From a virus (taxonomy: Duplodnaviria; Caudoviricetes): 38,381 nt of DNA. Both the position numbers and the translations under genes were made by a program. The stretch is from IMG/VR virus record IMGVR_UViG_3300037851_001505, positions 1-38,381 of that record; one strand, 5' to 3'. Under the pieces are notes generated by a model. It saw nothing but the letters and a program-made list of their open reading frames with translations, did not search any database and was not told the origin of the DNA. Numbering within the stretch: the stretch's first letter is position 1; each line of letters begins with the position of its first letter. Below are positions 14,936-22,163 of the stretch, in pieces.

Positions 14936-16310
14936 GAGTAACGCGAACAAGGGTACGAAGCGGGGCAAGGAACTGCTCAAGCAATCACTGCAAGAACTGG
15001 GTGGAGGTCGATCCATACTGCTTGATAAAGATGGAAATATTATCGCTGGTAACAAGACCTTCGAAGCGGCGCAGGAACAGGGCTTGGACATCCGCATCGT
15101 TGAAGCTGGCAGAGGCGAGTTGATCGCGGTGCAGAGAAGCGATCTGGATTTGGATGATCCGAGCGGCGAAGCAAGGCGGCTGGCTTATCTCGACAATCGC
15201 GTGAGCGAGCTTGATCTGAATTGGGATGCAGAGCAGATCGCCGCGGACATGGAAGCGGGCATCGACCTTGAAGGCGCAGGCTTTCTCGAAGGCGAACTGC
15301 GCGAGATGATGGAGCAGGCTGGGCTTTTACAAGATGCTGGCACGGACCCGGGCGACCAAACCGATCGGGCGGACGAGCTGATCGAAAAATGGAAAGTGCA
15401 AAGCGGACAAGTGTGGGCGCTGGGAGAACATCGCTTGATCTGCGGTGACTCAACGATTGCGTCTTCAGCCGAGATTATCTTTGCAGGCGAACAAGCCTCA
15501 CTCGCTTTCACCAGCCCGCCGTATTGGGTGGGCAAGAGTTACGAAGGACAGACCAGCGAAGTAGAAATTGATGCTTTCATTTCGCAAATTGCCGATGTGA
15601 TGTGCAGTGTTGTTCGCAAAGATGAAAGTCGGATCGTGATCAACACTGGTACTGGGTTCACGACTGCGTTCGATAAAAAGGCGAAACGGCATGTGTTGCT
15701 GTTGGTCGATAAGTGGACGAATGCCCTGCGCGAGCGTGGATGGAATCTGCGGCATGTGAGACACTGGATCAAAGAAGGACAGTTGATGGCGACGTCGCCG
15801 CGAACCGATCTCATTGATCAGCATAATGAATTTTTGGCAACGTATGAAAACAAGGACGGCGAAGCAAAGCGGTTTGATGATCTATTCAACGACAGCGATG
15901 TAAGTATGCTGATGACGTTTTATCATCGCCAGGGGAAACAGCGCGGGCAGGAATGGACGGGATCATCGTGGTCATTGCGATCGTATTGGGATGACATCAA
16001 AGGGACCGCAAGGGCGAACGGTCATGTAGCGGCTTTTCCGGTTGAACTTCCACTACGGCATTTAATGTTGTACTCAAAGCGTGGTGAGATCGTGTTCGAG
16101 CCGTTCAGCGGATCGGGGACGACCATCATCGCTTGCGAAGTACTCAAGCGCCGGTGCCGGGCAATCGAGATCAACCCGGGCGATGTTGCGGCAACGCTGG
16201 AGCGATGGAACTTGATGACAGGATTGCAACCTGTGTTGTTGACCCCCCTGTCTGCTTCGCAGACATCCCCCCATTTTCAAGAGCGCGAAAATGGAGGGAA
16301 TCATGAGTGA
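14910..16310 (+). CDS. ParB-like N-domain plus beta-class DNA methyltransferase (SPPY)
   Basis: IIAGNKT...AYLDNR N-domain; HRLICGDS, FTSPPY, HVAAFP, FEPFSGSGTT. Confidence 0.9.
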   Translation: MTMTITPDKSNANKGTKRGKELLKQSLQELGGGRSILLDKDGNIIAGNKTFEAAQEQGLDIRIVEAGRGELIAVQRSDLDLDDPSGEARRLAYLDNRVSELDLNWDAEQIAADMEAGIDLEGAGFLEGELREMMEQAGLLQDAGTDPGDQTDRADELIEKWKVQSGQVWALGEHRLICGDSTIASSAEIIFAGEQASLAFTSPPYWVGKSYEGQTSEVEIDAFISQIADVMCSVVRKDESRIVINTGTGFTTAFDKKAKRHVLLLVDKWTNALRERGWNLRHVRHWIKEGQLMATSPRTDLIDQHNEFLATYENKDGEAKRFDDLFNDSDVSMLMTFYHRQGKQRGQEWTGSSWSLRSYWDDIKGTARANGHVAAFPVELPLRHLMLYSKRGEIVFEPFSGSGTTIIACEVLKRRCRAIEINPGDVAATLERWNLMTGLQPVLLTPLSASQTSPHFQERENGGNHE

Positions 16311-17535
16311 CTTGAAGTTTGACAAACACAATGCCAATCAAGGCACAGACAGAGGGCGTGACCTGCTCAAGCAATCACTCACGGAGTTGGGCGCAGGGCG
16401 ATCCGGACTCATCGATAAAGATGGCAACGTGATCGCAGGCAACAAGACTCTGGCGATGGCGCAGAAGCTTGGGCTGAAGGTGCGCATCGTGAAGACCGAC
16501 CGCGATGAGCTGGTCATGGTGCAACGCGATGATCTCGATCTCAACGATCCAACAGGCGAGGCGCGAAGGTTGGCATATCTCGACAACCGCGTGAGCGAGC
16601 TTGATCTGAATTGGGATGCCGATCAAGTTGCGGCGGATTTGCAGGCTGGCTTGGAATTATCCGCTGTCGGATTCTTGGACAAGGAACTGCAGGAACTGAT
16701 CAACTCGCTGGGGGCGGAGGGGCAAGTCGAAGCGGATGAGGCGGCTGAAGCGGAAGCGATCGCACACGCGGATGAATTGCAAGCGAAGTGGGGCGTCCAG
16801 GCGGGGCAGGTTTGGGAGTGCGGCGATCATCGGCTCATGTGCGGGGACTCAACGAACGCGGCGCACGTGGGGCAACTGGTGGGCACTGAGCAGGCAACCG
16901 TATGTTGGACCGATCCGCCCTGGAACGTTAACTATGGGGGGAGAGAGCATCCTTCGTGGAAGAGACGCTCGATGAAAAACGATAATCTGGGGGATAAGTT
17001 TCCGGCTTTCGTGAAAGCGGCAGTGGATAACATTTGGTCGGCATGTGTGCCGGGTGCGGTGATCTATTTAATGATGTCGGCGCAGGAGTGGCCCGTGATT
17101 GATAAGGCATTGCGCGACAAAGGCTTTCACTGGTCAAGCACGATCATCTGGGCGAAAAACCAATTGGTGCTGTCGAGTAAGGATTATCACACGCAGTATG
17201 AGCCGCTTTGGTATGGATGGAAGGGCGATGCGGCGCGGGTGCGTGAAGTGGTGGACCGCAAGCAGTCGGATGTGTGGCAGATCGATCGTCCCAAGCGATC
17301 GGAGGAACACCCGACGATGAAGCCGATCGAACTGGTGGAGAGAGCGTTGCGCAATTCAAGTTTGCCGGGCGACGTGGTGATCGATCCGTTTGGGGGAAGC
17401 GGAACAACGTTGATCGCGTGTGAACGAACGGGCAGGCGGTGCCGCACGATGGAACTTGATCCGGCTTACGCGGCGGTGGAGCTCGAGCGGTGGTCGTTGC
17501 TTACGGGAACTGCGCCGGTCTTGACTTCCTTTTGA
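16303..17535 (+). CDS. ParB-like N-domain plus beta-class DNA methyltransferase (DPPW)
   Basis: Same N-domain; HRLMCGDS, TDPPW, HPTMKP, DPFGGSGTT; GGAGG RBS before ATG 16303. Confidence 0.9.
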   Translation: MSDLKFDKHNANQGTDRGRDLLKQSLTELGAGRSGLIDKDGNVIAGNKTLAMAQKLGLKVRIVKTDRDELVMVQRDDLDLNDPTGEARRLAYLDNRVSELDLNWDADQVAADLQAGLELSAVGFLDKELQELINSLGAEGQVEADEAAEAEAIAHADELQAKWGVQAGQVWECGDHRLMCGDSTNAAHVGQLVGTEQATVCWTDPPWNVNYGGREHPSWKRRSMKNDNLGDKFPAFVKAAVDNIWSACVPGAVIYLMMSAQEWPVIDKALRDKGFHWSSTIIWAKNQLVLSSKDYHTQYEPLWYGWKGDAARVREVVDRKQSDVWQIDRPKRSEEHPTMKPIELVERALRNSSLPGDVVIDPFGGSGTTLIACERTGRRCRTMELDPAYAAVELERWSLLTGTAPVLTSF

Positions 17536-17578
17536 TGTAGCGGACTAATGGGGGCAACACTGAATAAAGGAGATCAAC

Positions 17579-17884
17579 ATGAGTAACGAAAAAGAACAAC
17601 TGGACAGATTGGCTGAAATAGAAAGTCACATTGAAGCGGCGATCCGAATCTTGCAAGAAGCGGAACGGATGTCAGCCAACTACGCGGAGCGCGGCACGAT
17701 GGAATCCTTCCGCGGGCAACTTGCCGAGATGCTGAATTGCGATCATGGCGAAGGCGGGCTACAGCCTTACATCACAGCGCGGGTTATGAAGTACCGCGCC
17801 AGCAAAAAGAACATTGTCTACAATCGCGAAGGCAAAGCGGTGAGCGTGACGATCCCCACCGACGATGAGGATGGCGAGGAATGA
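17579..17884 (+). CDS. Hypothetical protein
   Basis: AAAGGAG RBS; 101 aa. Confidence 0.75.
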   Translation: MSNEKEQLDRLAEIESHIEAAIRILQEAERMSANYAERGTMESFRGQLAEMLNCDHGEGGLQPYITARVMKYRASKKNIVYNREGKAVSVTIPTDDEDGEE

Positions 17885-18108
17885 AACACACAACGGTTTA
17901 CGCGGCAAAGGCAAACATGCAAGATAAGTACAATAAGCAGGTCGAGCGGATGCGCGCCCTGCTGGCGATGTTGCAGGAAGAGTTTGATAAGCAACCGACT
18001 CCGAGCTTGCGCTGGGAAGAGGTCTGGGATTTGAAACGCTCGAATGAGTTATTGGAGAGCGTATTGCTGACTCACACGGAGCGAGAGATTCCGCGATTGA
18101 CAGCATAG
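17881..18108 (+). CDS. Hypothetical protein
   Basis: ATGA-coupled; 75 aa. Confidence 0.65.
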   Translation: MKHTTVYAAKANMQDKYNKQVERMRALLAMLQEEFDKQPTPSLRWEEVWDLKRSNELLESVLLTHTEREIPRLTA

Positions 18109-18125
18109 CCAGCGTGCTATAAAAT
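18097..18125 (+). promoter_or_regulatory. Possible sigma70-type promoter
   Basis: TTGACA 18097-18102 / 17 bp / TAAAAT 18120-18125. Confidence 0.55.
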
Positions 18126-18131
18126 AATTTC

Positions 18132-18173
18132 AACAAACAAGCGACGTGCCCCCTCACGCCGCTTGTTCGTTTA
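18132..18173 (+). terminator. Hairpin, possible terminator
   Basis: AACAAGCGACGTG...CACGCCGCTTGTT followed by CGTTT. Confidence 0.5.
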
Positions 18174-18182
18174 ATGTGACTC

Positions 18183-18210
18183 TTGACATTTTTAGAACAA
18201 ATGTTAAAAT
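18183..18210 (+). promoter_or_regulatory. Putative late promoter with a LexA-box-like sequence
   Basis: TTGACA 18183-18188 / 16 bp / TAAAAT 18205-18210; AGAAC-AAAT-GTTAA at 18194-18207. Confidence 0.65.
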
Positions 18211-18270
18211 TAATTAACTGAATAACCCACCCGCAGACCCTTATTGTGCAGGGTCGTTCCACGGAGATGA

Positions 18271-18310
18271 GCGCCCGTCGTGCTTTTGCACGGCGGGCGT
18301 TTTTGTTTTT
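18271..18310 (+). terminator. Strong intrinsic terminator upstream of the lysis/morphogenesis operon
   Basis: GCGCCCGTCGTGC-TTTT-GCACGGCGGGCGT followed by TTTTGTTTTT. Confidence 0.8.
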
Positions 18311-18331
18311 CACCATTCAAAGGAGTTAACT

Positions 18332-18694
18332 ATGACGTTCGACAATTCACGCATTCGCATGTTGTTTGCGCTGTTGGCAGGCATTGCCTTCCTCGTGTTG
18401 CAGGCAGTCTTCCCGGACCTGCCCTTCACCGAAGAGCAGACCGTCGGCTTCTTCGGCTTGCTCGCGGCGTACCTGATCGGCGAAGGCTTGGAGGGTAAGC
18501 GCATCGCGGACAACCTCAAAGCGATGCTCGGCTCATGGAAGTTCCGCTCGCTGATCGCGGGCGTGATCGTGATCTTCCTCAAAGCCTTTTATCCCGACTT
18601 CCCGATCACCGACGAGCAAGTGATCCAAGCCATCGAATTATGCGGCGCGTTGATCCTCGGCATTGGCGCTCAGAGCGCCATGTCCAAATTCTAA
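18332..18694 (+). CDS. Holin-like membrane protein with an internal duplication
   Basis: Four TM segments; VFPDLPFTEEQ / FYPDFPITDEQ repeat; AAAGGAG RBS. Confidence 0.6.
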   Translation: MTFDNSRIRMLFALLAGIAFLVLQAVFPDLPFTEEQTVGFFGLLAAYLIGEGLEGKRIADNLKAMLGSWKFRSLIAGVIVIFLKAFYPDFPITDEQVIQAIELCGALILGIGAQSAMSKF

Positions 18695-18712
18695 AAACAG
18701 GGACGGCTTGTC

Positions 18713-18997
18713 ATGGAATACACGCTCGAATCGATTGGCGAACAACTCAATGCCCACATTGTCCGAGAGGAAGAGATGGGCAAGAAAGTTCACAGCCTTT
18801 ACGAGACGGTCGTTGTTGGCAACGGCAAGCCGCCTCTTAAAGCCGAAGTGGCTAGGCACAGCGACTGGATCCATGGCGTGAACCGTTTCATCTGGCTTGT
18901 GATCGGCGCTTTGGTTGGGCAATTCATTGTGACCAGTTGCTCGTTCACGATCATGATCCTCATTGTGCTGGTCAACAACGGAGTGATTGCACCATGA
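18713..18997 (+). CDS. Small membrane protein with C-terminal TM (lysis-module-like)
   Basis: Soluble N-terminus with a GNGKP motif, then a long hydrophobic tail. Confidence 0.6.
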   Translation: MEYTLESIGEQLNAHIVREEEMGKKVHSLYETVVVGNGKPPLKAEVARHSDWIHGVNRFIWLVIGALVGQFIVTSCSFTIMILIVLVNNGVIAP

Positions 18998-19806
18998 CAA
19001 TGATGACGCATTGGGTTGTGGTTCAGGCTCCACTGCGCGATGCTCCTGGCGGCAAAAAATATCTCGACTTGCCGCAGGGGGCAGTTGTGCGTTTAAGCGG
19101 CAAGCACGAGATGATTGACTATGCCGGTCAGGAAACAATCTGGGTTGAGGCAACGTTTGAGATTGGCACGAAGTTCTGGACGGGCTGGGTGTACTCAGGC
19201 TTTCTTGAACAACTGGTCATCTCACCGGAAATGGTCAGCATCCCGATCGGAACGCCGAGCCCGCAGGACGCGGCGCAATACTCCATCTGGGATGGCGTTG
19301 TGCAATACAACCTGTGCGGCGAGCTGTGCGTGTGCTTTATTGCTGAAGACAACATCGAAGGCATTCTGACCCAGTGGAAAATCAAACAGCCGAGTATGTA
19401 TCGGCGCGTGTTCGGGAGCGGCTTTGCGCGAGGCACAGACATCAGCGAACTGGATGAGATGCTGGCGATGTATGGATACAGAACCCCGTCGATCCGTTTT
19501 GCGGATGCGCTCAAAGATGCGGTGATCGGTCGTCCGCTGATCACGCCGCGCCGGGTGCAGATCATGTTGCGCACCTATCAAGCCATCGTCGGTGTGCGGA
19601 TTGATCACACTGGCTATCTGCGCAAGAGCGGCGTACTGCACTGGGTGGTGCTTGCGAGCGTTGAGCCGGAGGCGGTCAATCGCGGGTTGGCAAAAATCTA
19701 TAACCCGTTTACGAACCGGATGGAGCATTACACCTGGGACGAGTTGATCGCCTCGATGGGACCGTCGCCCTACGGGATTTGGGTTAAGCGGCAGGAAAAC
19801 CTATGA
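18994..19806 (+). CDS. SH3-like domain plus C39/papain-like peptidase, candidate endolysin
   Basis: APLRDAPG...WVE...TGWVYSGFL (SH3b-like); NLCG (Cys), LHWVV (His), IYNP (Asn). Confidence 0.6.
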   Translation: MTMMTHWVVVQAPLRDAPGGKKYLDLPQGAVVRLSGKHEMIDYAGQETIWVEATFEIGTKFWTGWVYSGFLEQLVISPEMVSIPIGTPSPQDAAQYSIWDGVVQYNLCGELCVCFIAEDNIEGILTQWKIKQPSMYRRVFGSGFARGTDISELDEMLAMYGYRTPSIRFADALKDAVIGRPLITPRRVQIMLRTYQAIVGVRIDHTGYLRKSGVLHWVVLASVEPEAVNRGLAKIYNPFTNRMEHYTWDELIASMGPSPYGIWVKRQENL

Positions 19807-20447
19807 AAGTCAGAATCATCTCGCAACTGGAACTGGAAGGCTTCGCCGAAGCGATCAAAGATGCGGATGCAGAGGGCGGCAACTTCAAGCCGTTATCGGT
19901 TGCCGAGATTCGTGAGCGGAGTATGGCGGCGCGGACAGTGCTTGAAACTCTCAAAAACGCCACCGCACAGCCGCAGTGGTTTGACCAATATCACCGCTTA
20001 ATCAACGCTGGTTTGCCGTGGCGTGTGGCGGCATACATTGCTTGGGCGACCATGCCGAAGGAACACCGCGAGCCAAAGACTCAAGACGAACTCGCACAGA
20101 AGGTGCTGGGATTGACAAGCGATCGCGCGATTGCATCGTGGCGCAAGAAATATCCGGGCATTGACCAATTGATCGCTGACTTACAGGCAGAGTCTTTGAT
20201 GGAATACCGTCCGGCGGCGTTTCGCGCGTTGGGCGAGATGGCGACCAAGGAACACTATCGCGCCGCGCCGGATCGCAAATTGTTTTTCGAGATGACGCGC
20301 GATTACACCCCGCGTCAAAAAATCGAAAGCGACAATGTCATTCGAAGAACGGATGACATGAGCAATGTGAGCGAAGCGGACCTGCTGGCGATGAGCGGCA
20401 AGCAAAACACACTGAAGCCCGCAACCGAAGACGGTGACGATGAGTAA
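19803..20447 (+). CDS. Probable terminase small subunit (HTH), paralogue 2
   Basis: Directly upstream of TerL; HTH-like KTQDELAQKVLGLTSDRAIASWRK. Confidence 0.7.
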   Translation: MKVRIISQLELEGFAEAIKDADAEGGNFKPLSVAEIRERSMAARTVLETLKNATAQPQWFDQYHRLINAGLPWRVAAYIAWATMPKEHREPKTQDELAQKVLGLTSDRAIASWRKKYPGIDQLIADLQAESLMEYRPAAFRALGEMATKEHYRAAPDRKLFFEMTRDYTPRQKIESDNVIRRTDDMSNVSEADLLAMSGKQNTLKPATEDGDDE

Positions 20448-20484
20448 CTCACCTTACGCAGTTTTGATTACCTTGCGCTTTTTT

Positions 20485-20577
20485 CCCTCACCCGTCCTCT
20501 CGGACACCCTCTCCCGAAGGGAGAGGGAACTTCCCTTCCCCCGATGGGGGCAGGTCGCCCGCAGGGCGGGATGAGGG
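20485..20577. repeat. Inverted pair of REP-like palindromes between terS and terL
   Basis: CCCTCACCCG..CCCTCTCCCGAAGGGAGAGGG (20485-20527) and the inverse CCCTTCCCCCGATGGGGGCAGG..GGGATGAGGG (20533-20577). Confidence 0.75.
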
Positions 20578-20589
20578 TGCGTAACATCA

Positions 20590-22152
20590 GTGAGTAAGAC
20601 AACGATTACTCCGCAAGATGCGCTTGCCGAACGCGCCAAACGAGAACTGGCGCGGCGGCGTTTTTTGCGTTTTGCCGAGTATGTCGATCCGCGTTATCCG
20701 GTTCATGCCAGACACATTGAATTGCTCACGAACAAGCTGGAGCAGGTTGCCCGTTATACCGAAACGAAAGGCGCGGAAGGCATCGGACGTTTGATGGTGT
20801 TCATGCCGCCGCGTTATTACAAGAGCAACACTGCCTCGCAGAAGTTTCCGGCATGGTTTCTGGGGCGCAACCCAGACAAGCGCGTGATTATGGTTTCGTA
20901 TGGCGCAGACTTGGCAAGCGAACACAGCAAGGCAGTCCGCGACATTATTCTCTCGGCTGAATATCAGGCGGTGTTTGGCGCGTTGTCTGCGAAGGATGAT
21001 CCGGTTGAGTTGAGCATGGACAGCCGCTCGGCGCAGAGATGGTCCCTGAGCGCTCCGCATATCGGCGGGATGTTGTCGGCAGGTGTAGATGGCGCGATCG
21101 TGGGCAAGGGCGGTCACTTGCTGATCATGGATGATCCGCTGAAGAACAGACAAGAAGCGGAGAGCGAATCACGGCGCGAGTTGATCCGCAAGTTTTATCG
21201 CTCGTCGTTTTATACGCGGCGCGAAGACGGCGCAGCGATCATCATCATTTTGACACGCTGGGATCAGGATGATATTGCCGGATACCTGCTCAACGAAATG
21301 GTGGGCGATCCGATGTCCGATCAGTGGGATGTCATTTTTCTTCCGGCGATTGCTCTGGAAGAAAAGGTGTATCCGAAGACTGAGGCGGAGTTCAAAGAAT
21401 ATCTTTTGCGCGGAATGTATGTGCCGATGGGCGGCGATCAACTGGGTCGCCAGGCGGGCGAGCCGTTATGGGAAGAAAAACATAGCGCCGGAGAGTTGGC
21501 GAAGATCCGCGCGAACATCGATGACTTTGAATTCGAGAGTCAATACCAGCAAATGCCGCGCTTGGCTGAAGGCGGGTTCTTCGATGACGATGATTTCCGC
21601 ATTGTGGAGCGGGCGCCGGATGGACTGCGCTGGTATTGGTACTTGGACTTAGCTTTGGGCGAGTCGGAGCGGAGCGATTTCAACGCTACGGCTGGCGTGG
21701 CATTGGACAAAGACGGCAATCTTTACATTCGTGATGCGCTGGTGGAGCGGGAGTTGGAGGGTTTCCTTGCTGATGTGCGCGGTCTGATGTTGTCCGATGC
21801 GGAGCGCGGATCGATTTGGGGCGTGGAAGATACCGCGTTTCAAAAACTAATTTTCAAAGATTTTATGAAAGACAAGGCTCTCGCCAACAAAGAAATCTTG
21901 GCGGTGAAGCCGGAGGGCGACAAGGTTGAGCGGGCGCGACCGTGGAGACGGCGAGCCAAGCAGAAAAAAGTATTTCTGGTGCGCGGCGCGTGGAACTTGT
22001 CTTTCATTCGCACGGCGGCATCGTTTCCAACATCGGCAAGGCACGACGATGAGATTGACATGGTCAGCGGCGCGGTGCAGATGATGGCGGAGGATGCTGG
22101 CGAACGCAAAGCCGTGACCATCCAAGCGCAAGTATCTGAATATGCATTTTGA
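20590..22152 (+). CDS. terL: Terminase large subunit
   Basis: Walker A MPPRYYKS, Walker B LLIMDDP, TRW, YQQMP, nuclease LDLA and HDDEID. Confidence 0.95.
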   Translation: MSKTTITPQDALAERAKRELARRRFLRFAEYVDPRYPVHARHIELLTNKLEQVARYTETKGAEGIGRLMVFMPPRYYKSNTASQKFPAWFLGRNPDKRVIMVSYGADLASEHSKAVRDIILSAEYQAVFGALSAKDDPVELSMDSRSAQRWSLSAPHIGGMLSAGVDGAIVGKGGHLLIMDDPLKNRQEAESESRRELIRKFYRSSFYTRREDGAAIIIILTRWDQDDIAGYLLNEMVGDPMSDQWDVIFLPAIALEEKVYPKTEAEFKEYLLRGMYVPMGGDQLGRQAGEPLWEEKHSAGELAKIRANIDDFEFESQYQQMPRLAEGGFFDDDDFRIVERAPDGLRWYWYLDLALGESERSDFNATAGVALDKDGNLYIRDALVERELEGFLADVRGLMLSDAERGSIWGVEDTAFQKLIFKDFMKDKALANKEILAVKPEGDKVERARPWRRRAKQKKVFLVRGAWNLSFIRTAASFPTSARHDDEIDMVSGAVQMMAEDAGERKAVTIQAQVSEYAF

Positions 22153-22163
22153 TGAGGTGACGT

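Noticed and set aside
14910-17535. Restriction-modification system
   Set aside because: No endonuclease gene recognisable nearby; these look like orphan phage methyltransferases.
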